A stretch of 63,168 bases of DNA, filler included, from Bigelowiella natans CCMP2755 (GCA_000320545.1; 8 parts of 8 records of this genome joined end to end with filler, not necessarily neighbours in it), one strand, 5' to 3'. Numbered from the whole stretch's first letter, positions 30,295-42,773 are shown. Numbers and translations are program-made. The notes: generated by a model from the sequence alone, not told the origin.

Positions 30295-31272
30295 TTGCTA
30301 AGAAGAACGAAGAACAAAGGCTTATATAAGCAGAGGCTTACTAACTGCTACCGTACGAGTCTGAGCTCCAGGCTTATCCCTGATGAAGTTAGCATAAACA
30401 AGATACCAAAGAAGTTACATGTGGATAATGAGACCTCTCTTCTACAGCTACCACACCCTAATATTGATGCCTCACCTGTATACTATGCCCAGTCCAACTC
30501 CAAGGTAGAGCGACTCCACCGCACCTTGGCCAACCTAAGCAGGATAAATAGCACCACACCAGACAAGATACAAGGGTTAGTAAACGACACCTTCACGTCT
30601 GGGGGAGGTATCAAGGATAAGGAGAGGGAAGAAGGCGACGACAACGACGACGATACCGAGAGCGAAGACGAGAAGGTCCCGTACGATGGCCGAGTTCTAA
30701 AGGAAGGACAGTATGTTAGGGCCAAGGTAAATCTGAGATCGAGAAATAAACAAGACCCCTTCTGGGGTGGCGTTGCAAAGGTTACCGAGAGGAAGGGGAG
30801 GAAGCAGTACTACATCTATGATGGGAACAGGGTCACCTTGCGCCACATCAGTCACCTAAAGAATTATGATATCGGTGAGAAGCTCCTAGAGGATGTTAAA
30901 GTAAACCCTACTGTGTGGGAGCGAGCAATGCCTTGTTTAGGACCCCGACCTAAGTTCGATGTGGAATATGGAAACAATAAGGTCAGGGTGAACGACGATT
31001 GGCGCATGAAGATTGTCTATCTAGGCTACCCTGGATTACGAAATATGGAGAGGGTAGCTATGAAAATAAAGGACGGAAAATATCAGCTACTCTACCTAGC
31101 TGTTCCCGACTTACCCTTTGAGCACTGGTATAAGGTCCTGGGGGACCTTGATGCAGAGGGCTGGTATGGACACGAACCTAAGGACGAAGGTGAGTTCTGG
31201 GTAAGCGACAAAGGAGATAAGGTTAGAGAGGAATCTATTACCTGGTGGTTGGTGAAGTTCCGAAAGCGATGA
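30295..31272 (+). CDS. Retrotransposon integrase (core C-half plus SH3/GPY-like part) with a C-terminal adenine-methyltransferase-like extension
   Basis: LHVDN...SPVYYAQSNSKVERLHRTL (integrase D...E region), GQYVR...DPFWGGVAKVTE...YYI...RHISHLK, then VNPTVW...GP..FDV...W..KIVYLGYP...RVAMKIK...LYLAVPDLPFEHWYKVL. Confidence 0.8.
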   Translation: MLRRTKNKGLYKQRLTNCYRTSLSSRLIPDEVSINKIPKKLHVDNETSLLQLPHPNIDASPVYYAQSNSKVERLHRTLANLSRINSTTPDKIQGLVNDTFTSGGGIKDKEREEGDDNDDDTESEDEKVPYDGRVLKEGQYVRAKVNLRSRNKQDPFWGGVAKVTERKGRKQYYIYDGNRVTLRHISHLKNYDIGEKLLEDVKVNPTVWERAMPCLGPRPKFDVEYGNNKVRVNDDWRMKIVYLGYPGLRNMERVAMKIKDGKYQLLYLAVPDLPFEHWYKVLGDLDAEGWYGHEPKDEGEFWVSDKGDKVREESITWWLVKFRKR

Positions 31273-31323
31273 AGGTCTAAGGGAATAAGGAAGGAAGGAA
31301 GGAGCAACGTGACTTGGGGGAGG

Positions 31324-31649
31324 TGTAGCGCGTACCACTACGCGGGCACAAGTCACGTGCGACAACAAAGGGGTTGTCGCGGATATAGAATATAGATAAC
31401 GTAGATATTAATACAGCATAGGCACGTGGGTTCCGGCGGGACTCATGGCAGCACACCGGAAGTGTGCTGCCCCACGTGCGGCGGCATTCGCGAAAGCTTC
31501 GCGAATGATTACGCAGTGCACGATTTAATAAAAATATAATCTTTAATAAAAATAAACACAACTCTTCAAAAGGAAGCAAACGTGCCTTTCCCCCCCCCTG
31601 CCTACTTGTGCACGTAGCGCCTCGGCCTGTGAACACCTTACGCGCAACA
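31324..31649 (+). repeat. LTR (326 bp), 3' LTR copy
   Basis: TGT...ACA termini. Identical by eye to 45156-45481. Contains AATAAA motifs and several hairpins. Confidence 0.92.
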
Positions 31650-32080
31650 ACTTGCATGACCTGGAAAAACGAGCGAAATTGCGTTGAATTGCAATCATCG
31701 AGCAAAACAAAGGAGGCATTTGTGAGATGCTTGACTCCCTTTTCGCTGTGGCGCTCTGAAACTCGAGCAGTAGGCCATCGTTTTGCCTGAGTTGAGTGCA
31801 GATGGTGCATCCCAACATGGCTCGCGTTGCTCGAATGCTCAGCACAGCCAGTCTGGCAGTTTTTCGACAGCAATGCGAAGTTCAATGTTCGATGTCACAC
31901 GTCGAGTCTGCGACTGGATAAATCCTTCATGTCGCAGGACGCAAATCCCCCGCATTTCCACCGGCCTTGCCAATTCGAGCATCCATCGATTCAAAAGACA
32001 CAATCCACCACAGACTGCACAGACGACGTGCCACCGGATCCCCTCTCGGATCGACGGCTACAGTTTGAATCAAGGCGAAG

Positions 32081-33552
32081 ATGATCGTGCTTGCAGTAGC
32101 AGCCTTGATGTTAAGAGTCATCGCCTCTCCCACCTCCCATGTTGGTTTGACGCGTCATCATTCACACCCCGGCCACATGACTGCTGCATTGCATGCAAGA
32201 CGAAACGGTGCTTTCGTAAGGAGAATGCCGTCGTTAAAATGGCCTAGCAGTTCTCTTTCCGTAAGATCACGCCCTCCATTACGAAGTCCCGATGAAGAGA
32301 CGAGAGAAATGCTCGAGAACGAGTTGAAAGACCCATCAAACTTCCTTGAGTATTTTCTCCCGAGAGGTCGTCTGGGAGTTAATTTGGGAGAAATGCGAAC
32401 TAAATTAATCTAAGAGAAGTGGCGGGAACCAACGATAGCTATATGAGTTCCCAGTACATCTAATTTTGTCATTGCAGGAGTTCGGAAGTGGCTACTGGCT
32501 GCCGGCGCGACTTCCGCTGGGATAGGTGATGAAGAATGGGGTGATTTCGAGTTTTGGAAAGATACCACCGATCATACTGATTTCTCAGATCCTTCGATAA
32601 GAAACTATATTTGTTCGTGATAAATTTTGTTGGCTGGTAGGCTCTGTGCTTTCCTTCGTGAATGCTGTGACTGAGAAAGATGCGTTTGAAGCACGCCAAA
32701 CAGGTTATCAATTACGATCTGTATCTTTCCTCCTCTCCACCCCTCGCTCCAACCGTTACTTTTGTATAAAAAAATAAACCTTCTGTACACATATTTCTCA
32801 GCAATAAATCTTCTCGGGACCGTTGTTCTCTCGCTCCTACTTAAAAAAGGTTGCTACTGTCTCATATGCAGACTGCGACAGTTGCAAATGAAACATTTGC
32901 AAATGAAACATCGTTTGGTTCCAAAGTATACCCTTGCAAATGCATAAAGGCTACATAAAAATCGAATGTGATTTTGAAGCACACGCACGTATGCTCACAT
33001 GGCATTTCAGAAGCCTGGTGATGGATGACTAAATTGAGCTTTCACAAACGATGTCGCAGATTTGGAGAGTGCAGACGCTCGCATAGAAAAGAGGCGCGAG
33101 GTTCGAGAGAAGCAGATTTCACGGGGAGATCGTACTGTTTATCGCAATGAGGTAATCATAGAAATCCAAGCGAAAAACTTAGACTATCTAACAAAGGGTA
33201 ACATCACCGTTGCCACCGCCGTTACCGCCGCTTGTTAATGATCTTTTCTATCCCACACATTCTCAACTCACTATCCATTGCCATTTGGCATTTCGGGTAC
33301 TACCTGATGCAGGATGGAATGACCGTTTCAAGGCTGGACGACGTAGATTTGACCTGGATCCTCAAGCGCTTGGAAAGATGGGGTGCCTCCCCCCTCTGCT
33401 TTCTTTTTTAGAGGACACACAACTTGCTCCTCGTGCATTAGTGCAACGGAAACCATCGCGTCAGGAATTCTCTACGGGGCGCAATTTTCTGCCGCTTGTT
33501 TGTGATTATTTTTATGTGTACTTGCTCCTCTGCGTGCGTGTATGTGTGGTGC

Positions 33553-33592
<40 letters not shown>

Positions 33593-34217
33593 GAAGTGTA
33601 TTGAAGGTGCTGATTGATGTGTGTATTGGTTACCAGGAAGCAAAGATCAGATGCCATTTGTAGGCCCCAAGAAAGGTATTCCACACACACACACACCACA
33701 CACACAAACATACGATCATCGAATTAACACTTACTCTGTGACACCGACAAAATACGACGGATGTATTCGTTTTTCATACCGAGAACCGCAGCATTGTTTT
33801 TGCGCACACGCGTGCCCTTTGCGCCCCCCCCCCCTTCCTCCCTCTCCCTCCAGGAGCTATCCTTCAGCAACTCATCGCAGAGCATCGTCCAAAGAAGATA
33901 GTGGAGGTTGAATCCACCATCGATGTTACTTCCAACAAATGCCTGTCACATACAGCAGAGCGAAGGGCACGCTTTCTTCGTTACCTATTACATCCTCTCC
34001 TTCGATTTTCCTTATCTCCCCGTACCCCCCCCCCCCCCTCCCCCTGGTCTTAAGGTTGGGACATTGGCGGGTTACTCGGCACTTCTGATGGGAGAGAAAC
34101 TCCTTGAACTGGATGCAGGCAACGAGGAAGAAAACCGTGCTGCTGCTACTGCTGCTTCCACAGAGATAATTACAATAGAGAAAGATTGGCTCTGGTGGCT
34201 TGTTGCAAATAGGTAAG

Positions 34218-34250
<33 letters not shown>

Positions 34251-34601
34251 TAACCCCCCCAGCTACAATCACAATATATTCCCATCTTCACTACTATCGA
34301 TACATTGTGATATGACCTCACGGAGCAAGATGAGAGTGAAAGTTCTCGAGGATGAACTACTTCCTGACTTCGAAATTACTACCTCATCCTCCTCATGTTT
34401 TGCTCCTCTTCCCCTCCTCCTTCTCCTCCTCCTGTTTGTTTCTTTCTTTCTTTCTTTCTTTCTTCTTCTGCTCTTTAACGTGTTTCCAGATTCGTTTTCC
34501 AGGCCGGTGACGGCACGCCAGAACTAAAGGGCAAGATCCGCGTTTGGTTAGGTGAAGCAACATTAACCTCTATGTCAGCTGTTTGTGGGTATGTGTGCGT
34601 T

Positions 34602-34633
<32 letters not shown>

Positions 34634-35340
34634 TTGGTAGAGAAATAAATCCGCCATTCCTCAGGAGATGCTTCAAAGAAACTCATGGACCTTCCTTCTG
34701 ACTTCATGATCGATTTCCTCTTTCTCGACGGTAGCAGTGTGCATGCTCCTCCTCCTCCCCCCCCTCCTCCTCCCCTCCTCCTCCCCCTCCCGCATACATA
34801 ATTGTGTACCCTGATCTTACAGGTATTCCGAGCGAGTATTTGTCCTACTTAAAAGCTGCAGAGCCGCATCTAGCTCCCGGGGCACTCATCGTCGCTGACA
34901 ACGCAGGGTGATAAGGAGGAGGGGGAGGGAAACAGCCGTAGCAAAATAGCAGCAGCAAGCTCGATGGTGATTGGCCTTCCGTCGCACTAACATTACATCA
35001 TCATTTAACATCAGGGTATTTGCGAGTGGGGGACTGAAGAACTATCTTGAGTACGCAGTCATGAACAGAAATGAGAGATCAAGGAGGAGGAGGAGGAGGG
35101 GGGGAGGGGGGGGGGAAGACGAAGAAGAAGAAGAGGGAGAAGGAAGGGAGTGTCGCTGGATCTTCCTTACGGTTGCTATTTGCGTGTTATTGTTCGTTTC
35201 ACATCAGGTATGTGAGAGGGTCGCACGATAAGTTTGAAAGCCGCTACATAGAATCAACCTTAGAATGGCGAGATGACGTGCCTGATGGATTTGAAGTCAC
35301 GAAATACTGCAGCCCGTCAGGAGGCAGCGAGAACATATAG
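32081..35340 (+). CDS. SAM-dependent O-methyltransferase (Methyltransf_3/COMT-like) with a bipartite-type leader and a DUF3493/LPA1-like membrane hairpin
   Basis: MIVLAVAALMLRVIAS (signal-like) plus an R/S/H-rich stretch; ELKDPS...GVRKWLLAAGATSAGIGSVLSF...INLLGTVVLSLLLKKD; then MPFVGPKK-GAILQQLIAEHRPKKIVE-VGTLAGYSAL, IDFLFLDG, YLKAAEPHLAPGALIVADNAG and DGFEVT. Confidence 0.85.
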
Positions 35341-35950
35341 CTCAGTTCCACAACTCGTACTGTCGGAGTACTCTAGTACCGCATGAGCGCACAGCATCGA
35401 ATATGATAGCTGCCGAATCCGACATATTGTTATTGGATGTGTACCAGTTGATGACTGCGATTTCACATTAGGCATGTCAATGCACGGCTGTACGTTGAGC
35501 GATTTTGCGTGCATGCCATTACCAACAACCATAGTGTACGATGCGTGTTCAATTGCTATGTATACAATCATCCACATTATTCATGCATACACACGTCGAG
35601 GATGCGAACTGCCGTATTGATCGCCAACAACAATAACATTAACTTTTTGCTGGCTGTTCAGGCGTCATCGCATCATAACAAATACGCATAACAAATACGC
35701 GCATGCAGCATCATCTAGACATAGTTTACCAGTTAACGATGTCTTAAAAATACAATCAGTAGTAAGAAGGCAATCTCTTTGTCATTCATTCGCGGCTGCC
35801 ACAGAAGCAGCAAGTAATAAACATGTAATAAATATGATGTATACATATTAATATAGCGCGCACATGCATGCATTATAAATGTCATGTTCATGTTATGCAT
35901 GCTAGATCACCTTGGTGTCATTAGAAAGATAATACTGTTATTACATTCCT

Positions 35951-36264
35951 TCATTTCTTGTTCCGGCGTCGCCGGCGGCGGCTTGAACTATTCGAAGGAG
36001 CAGGTTTCGCCGGGCGCGGAGCCCCGCACATCTCGCAGCTAGCGTTTTCTCCTGTGTGTTATTGTTTTACGAATCACACCCATAAACCTCTATATTGCTT
36101 TTTCTAGTGGCACACATGCTGCAGCACACAGCTTCCAACAATACCCTATCTTCTCCCTCAAAAAAGAATCGATGAGCTTACCGGAAACCAAGTTGATGAA
36201 GGTACAAACACTGCATTTCCAGCGCGTACTCACACCTTTACGTCGTTGTCCGACGATCATAGTG

Positions 36265-36340
<76 letters not shown>

Positions 36341-37082
36341 TACATGTACGTATTTAATTTTGCTTAACGCGTGGAACGAAAAAGGTAGATGCGTGCAAGC
36401 GTCCCCAAACGTAAAAAGGCGTTCAATATATCAAGTATATGAGTTGTGCTACAGCGTGCATCAAGATGGAGGGAGAGAGGGAGAGAGGGAGGGAGGGAGG
36501 GAGGGAGGAGAAATGGAGAACCATGCGACACTACATGATGGCTAGCACCTCTTTGGCCTTTTCCCTTCGGCCTCGGTGCATTACACACCGCACACATGCT
36601 TGCATCGGCGACGTTGTGGTAGCTATGTATTGGTCATATCGACGACGAACAAAAGGGACAAAGCAATCAATGATGTTTCGAGTGGAGAAGGTTTCAAATG
36701 CGGCTGCTGCTGCTGCTGCCTCGGAATAGAGGCTTTGCTATGCCGCACACTCACCTCCCCGACGCACAGCTTTGCATTCGTCATTGGGGCGGGATTGCCA
36801 CCCCGCCCCCCTCCCCTATCTCTCCCTCCCTCTCTCCCTCTCTCTCCGCCCATCCCTTCGTTAGATACATTTGGTATGATTACGTGCATGAGCGACATGC
36901 CCATTCTACTTCTTCTTCTTCAGGAGCCACGAGGTCTACAATTAGACGACGACGATGATGATAATCATGGTGAGGATGATGGTTTCCAAGGAAATGAGAA
37001 CGGATAATAATGGACTCGCATTGTGACATTTGCGCTTGCGTAATAAAGCTAAAGAATGGCGAAGGGGGGGGGGGGGGGGGGG

Positions 37083-37119
<37 letters not shown>

Positions 37120-37890
37120 AGCTACTGACCCTGCAACTTAAGCTCATTGTTGCCCTGTTTCTTGTAATTTTTCCTCCGCTGCTTTTTCTTCTTCTTCTTC
37201 TTCTTGGTGCTGCTGCTGGTGCTGCTGCTGTCGTCGGTGTTGTCATTGCCACGTCGTGCCACCATCTTAGCAGCAGCTAGTTCTGCTTTGATCTCCTCCT
37301 GGCTCTTTTCAGATAAGGTGACAATTTCCCCATGGCGAAGCAACGAGCCGAGGATCAAGCTGTCTGGTTGTAGCACCGCGGAGGACGGCGAAGAGGAGGA
37401 GCCGCTGACGTTTCCATTATTAGTGTCTGTGGTGATGGGGGAAAGAGAGGAGGAGTGCTCAATACCACAAACAGGCAGTGGGAGGCAGCAATCACTCGTT
37501 ACTTCTTGCAGCACAGCAACAACGACATTCTTGTTCTTATCGTGGTAAAAATGGGTAAAATTGCAGCTGACCGACACCCTTCGCCATCAGCTTCTGTCGT
37601 GCTTTGAGAACTCCCAGCTCGGCCTCAATCCGGCCTTTTAGATTGCCAATCTAACACATACACGGCAGTCAAATGAGGAGAGGAGAGGAGAGGAGAGGAG
37701 AGGAGAGAGGAAGGCTGAAGGGATAGTTAATGCCTGAACGTGTTGCTGCGCATGTGAAGAGTTTGTTACTTATTCTGTTGTATCTTTATAGATAGAGGGC
37801 AGTGAGAACGTTACTACTGTCGCCCAGCACCGGGAGCAGAGACAGAAAAACAGTCATCACATGCACTGCAGCAACATAGCATTGTCCCCC

Positions 37891-37927
<37 letters not shown>

Positions 37928-38713
37928 GTCCGTTAGGAGGCAGGCAGCACCGTGTCAGAGGAAGTGAGGTGGAGGCGCTTCATGCCTCCTCGGTGCCGAA
38001 CACGCAGCGTGAGAGCAGCAGCTTTAACCGCAGGGGGTGTTTCCTTCCCGTGAGTTCTATCGATGGAAGCAGCCGCCGCGCCCCCAACTTCGCTCCCAAC
38101 GGCCACCTGTCTTCTCTCACCAATATCACTGACTAGCTGTGATTGTCGCGCACCTCTTCCTTTTTTCCCTTCTTCTTCTTCTTCTTCTTCTTCTTCTTCT
38201 TCTTCTTTTCGAGCTGACGCCTTTGCTGCTGCTGCTGCTGCTGCTCCTGTTGTCGTCGTCGCAGTGCGTCCCTCCGGTGTGGAGTCCCCCCCTTTCCCCC
38301 CTTTCCCATCACCATGTTCCTGCATCGTCTCTGCCGTCCGCTTTGGCGATGGTGATGGGTGCTTCTTCTTATGGTTCGCAGGATGCTGATGCTGATGGGG
38401 CGGTAGTAGCGCAGCGTCGTTCTTCGTGACTACGGCCGGCAACGGTACACCTATGGAGCGAGAAAATGGAGGGAGGATGATGACGACGATGTCAACGATG
38501 ATGATGATCATGGAAAGGGCAGAGGAAGAAGAGGAAGAGAGCTATCGTGTGTTGTTGTTTGCCACCTGCAATAGACCAGTCCCACAGCTCTTGGTGCTTT
38601 GCTGCGAAGTCGATGAACGTCCTTCTCACCGCTGTAGAAGACGACGAGGACACCATGTTGTATGGGCGCTGATTTCTACTCCCTGTGCGCGTTTGAGTGC
38701 CACGCATACGCAT

Positions 38714-38751
<38 letters not shown>

Positions 38752-39953
38752 CAATTATAAAATAATAATAATAATACGAATGCAGAAACTCGAGTATATA
38801 TTTCCTAAAACGCTAAATTAATCCCGACAATTACCCACGCGCTGCAACGCAAAAAAATATATCACTGCGCGACATCTGTGAAGGGGCGAGGTGCCCCGAA
38901 GAGGCCGTCGTTATATCCATCATTTTCCAAACACCAAAAAGCATAGCTCATTCAATCGGTCCCTGCCTTGTATGGTGGGATCAGCCTTCATCTCCAGCAG
39001 CATCCTCACCACACGCTTTTCGGTCGTTACACGGCGAGAGAAAGGGGGGGGGGGGGATTGCGGGAGAACGATAAAATGAATATTGGAAACGACACAATAC
39101 GGGCAGAGAAATATACAGCTATTGTTACTATGGTGACAATGTATTATTACCGCATAGTTTTCTCCTTCTTTGCCAACGCCTTTTCCGCGACGATCTCCAC
39201 CCATGTGTAGCTGCTGCTTGGCTTTAACTCTTCCTCCTCCCCCCCCCCCCCCTGTCTGATCTTGACGCCTTCGTCGTCGATGCCGTGCGCCCTGAGAGCT
39301 ACTGTGGGGAGTCGGGTCCCCCCCCTCAGCTGCAGCACGGTGCAAGCAAGTGCGGTACTTCCAGTGGGGCAGTTGAGTATCGACTTAACTTGTGGATTTT
39401 GCAGGGGAGGGCAGTCACTCGGAACCCCCCCCTTGGGTTTTGCACAACCCCCCCCACACTTGCACAGGCCCACACATGCATAAGAAGGCATCCTCAAGGA
39501 AAAAAAAAAGGGGAGAGGGGGGGGGGGGGGGAGAGGGAGAGAGAGAGAGAAAACCCAATTTTTAAAAAAGAAAGAAAGAGGTGAGATAATCCGTCGCCCC
39601 CCCCCCCCCCCCTCCCTCATTCCCTTCTTGGACTCGGCAGAATATACTGCTGCCTTGTTACAGAACACCAAACTCGTCTGATAGCTGTGATCTCATCACC
39701 TTTCTATTATTTTAACATTTTGTCTTCTTCACACAGTACTCCCTTCCTCCTCCTCCTCCCCCTCCTTCCTGCTGTACTGATATAAATCAACTAGTTAATC
39801 GAGTTGTTGCTGCTTACATAGCCGGAAGAGAGGGCCGTGTCCACGGCATGAGCAAGGACACCTGTCGCCCATTCACTATCTGCCATATGCATGGTCATCA
39901 TTATACGCTTGGAGAGATAATCAAAGATTTGGTGGAGCATATGATTTGTGTAA

Positions 39954-39989
<36 letters not shown>

Positions 39990-39992
39990 TGG

Positions 39993-40038
<46 letters not shown>

Positions 40039-40632
40039 GGCCTTGTAAAATGGATATGAGGAGACATATAAGCTCTAAATATACCTTGTGTCAGCCCTGC
40101 TCTCTGACACGCACCCTCGAAGCGCTCTTTGAATTCTAAATCCAGCAGTGTGAAAGGGACGATTACACGGCAAAAATGTTATCTGATATATTGGTAGTGC
40201 CTGCTTCCACTTCCGATGATGACGGTGAGGATGACGACGACGATGATGATGATGATGACGAGGATGATGAGGATGATGATGATCGTCTGTTAACTCAGTC
40301 ACGGGGCATGTATCTGGTATTTCGCGACAGAATTAATATGCACTTACCCGGTTTGGGAGGCACTTCGGAGAGGATGGCGAACACCTCTCTGAAGAAAGAA
40401 GAGAGGAAGAGCGAGAGGGGGGGGGGGGAGGACAACAGGATCATCAAAAGCATCAAAATCATCATCCCACAATGGCCGGATATGAAGTAGTCAGAAGCGC
40501 CAGCTACAGCACATTGCATGCATGCCTCCAAAGTTATGTATTTACACAACGGGTGAGAAAGCGAGAGAGAGAGAGAATTGACATTACCTGTCAAATGAGC
40601 ATAGGCATTAGATGAAATATTATTTTTGTGGG

Positions 40633-40667
<35 letters not shown>

Positions 40668-40904
40668 AAATGTATACCGTCCTCGCTCTCGCATCATCGT
40701 TTCCTCCTCCTCAGAATCAGATCCTGATGAGCGTATGTTACTGCCTTCTTTTCTTCCTTCCGTCGGTCGGTCTCGAGGACATGTTCTCCCGCTCTTATCC
40801 TCTTCCTCTCCTTCCTTCTGCTCGTCTGTTCTTCCTTTTGCTCCCCCTTTCTGCTGCTTCACCTTCTTCCGTGTAAAAATAGGTGACATCATAAATATAT
40901 ATAT

Positions 40905-40953
<49 letters not shown>

Positions 40954-41430
40954 TTTTCTATCTTCGCTTCATTTTTTACAAGAGAAACATTCCACACTAT
41001 ACATTATCGTCGCCGTCATCATCATTATCATCATCATTATCATCATCATTATCATTATGATGATCATCATCAACAACAGCCGCAACCAACAGTCATCGCT
41101 ACTACTCCTACCCGTGGACCATCTTCCTTCTCCTCCTCCTCCTCCTCCCCCTCTTCCGTGAAGAAAGAGACTGATGCGAGGGTGTAGAACACACGCTTTG
41201 CCTTGAGGGGAAAAACAAGGACGAGAGTACACACCAGGGAAGAGTATCTATATTACTGTTAATCTTGGTACTCATGCTCTCCAGCCTTATCCCCCCCTCC
41301 TCTCCTCCTCTCCCCCCCCTGGCTCCATCTCACCTCTTCTGTCGTAGGCCGCGACACAGATAGTGGGACTGATCGTATGCGCGAGTCGTTCTAGGAAGGA
41401 GAAGAAGCACCGGGAGAGAGGGGGGGGGGA

Positions 41431-41473
<43 letters not shown>

Positions 41474-41767
41474 AACAAGAAGAAGAAAAACAACATGAAC
41501 TTTCTCCTGTACATCCCATACAATGCGACAAGCTTGCACACAGAAATCTGGAGTGAGTTGTTTGTTCGTAAAGTGATTGGCCATTTCTCCCTCTTCTAGC
41601 TGCTTGATTGTGTTGTCCCTCCCCCTCCTCCTCCTCCCTAACTTTTATTTTGTTGTTGTGGCGAGCGTCCTTGTTACAACAAGTCATCACCTTTTGTATG
41701 GGAGACGACGGCTGGAAGATGATGTGGCGGTTGAGCGACGGAGCATAGCTATTGAAAGGGGGGGAGG

Positions 41768-41811
<44 letters not shown>

Positions 41812-42540
41812 AATCGTACTCACGATGATAATGATGATTATAATAATAGTAGTAGTATATAAAACACATAGAGAGAGGAGATTCGATTCGAAGTAATGGA
41901 AGCTTCTTCATAACAAAAGATCACAACGGTGCTCAGATCCCCCCCTCCCCCCCCCTTAACAATGAGGGACATTATTCCGAGTAACCAAGACTTTCATCTC
42001 TTATTGAAGAAGCATCACGATTCAAAGCAAAAATATTGCGATCTTTACTCTCTCGCACGATATTGCAAAGATAATAAATTATATTACATGAAGAGTCGCT
42101 GGCAATCCGCAAGCACGTCTGACCTAAAGTTGGGGTGCAGGAGGGGGGGGGGATGGAAGTGGGTAGAGAAAGCTCAGATACTAGTTCACGCTCGAGAGTA
42201 TGATATCTCGCTGCTTGGATTCTCTCTTTCATCAACAAAGCAGAAGATTGGCGTTTGAGAGGGCGACTACTCATGGAAACGGTTTGCGGAATGATGCAGT
42301 AGTGTAGATGAGAGGGGGGGGGGGGGGAGGTAGAAGGTTCTAGGAAGAAGCAATGGATTTATAACGCGTTGTCACACAATGACTGTTACGTGGGTGTGTG
42401 TCGGCAGATAGTTGTATGCAGGTATTGAAGCGCGTGTGGTGATTATTATTATTATCCGTGGGAGGCCTTCGTCGTCTCGTTGTACCAGGACGTGAGAATT
42501 TCTAGCACCTCCTCCTTCAACTTCGTCTCGTTGTGCCTGC
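35951..42540 (-). CDS. Multi-exon protein with ankyrin-like repeats, an NPL4-N-like ubiquitin fold and C-terminal RanBP2/NZF zinc fingers (5' part uncertain or truncated)
   Basis: GQTCLRIAS...IIYYLC and VVRMLLEMKADPTIQ (ankyrin-like); LTLRVRHRGGMKRLHLTSSDTV...LKGRIEAELGV...QKL...LRHGEIVTL (Ubl); WACRSCT-YHNVADASMCAVCNAPRP, WKCSVCTFIN and CEMCGAPRP. May be more than one gene. Confidence 0.55.
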
Positions 42541-42673
42541 AGAAGGAGCACAGCAGGAAGAGGAGGAGGAGGATTAGGAGGAGGATTAGGAGGAGAAAGC
42601 GAGGCGGTGGAGGGCCAGTACATGACTCACAACGGAGATGGAATTGAATGGAAAAGAGTAAGAGAGAGAGAGA

Positions 42674-42773
42674 NNNNNNNNNNNNNNNNNNNNNNNNNNN
42701 NNNNNNNNNNNNNNNNNTTAATTAATTAANNNNNNNNNNNNNNNNNNNNNNNNNNNNNNNNNNNNNNNNNNNN
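42674..42773. other. Artificial contig-join spacer
   Basis: N-TTAATTAATTAA-N. Confidence 0.97.

Larger units (their letters stand above)
30285..31649 (+). mobile_element. 3' end of a Ty3/Gypsy-like LTR retrotransposon (integrase C-half, PPT, 3' LTR)
   Basis: Intronless pol fragment, then the purine tract gggggagg (31316-31323) directly before the TGT...ACA LTR at 31324-31649. Confidence 0.9.

Noticed and set aside
31277-31885. 202-aa and 181-aa (45142-45687) minus-strand ORFs sharing identical sequence
   Set aside because: These are antisense read-throughs of the identical LTRs, not paralogous genes.
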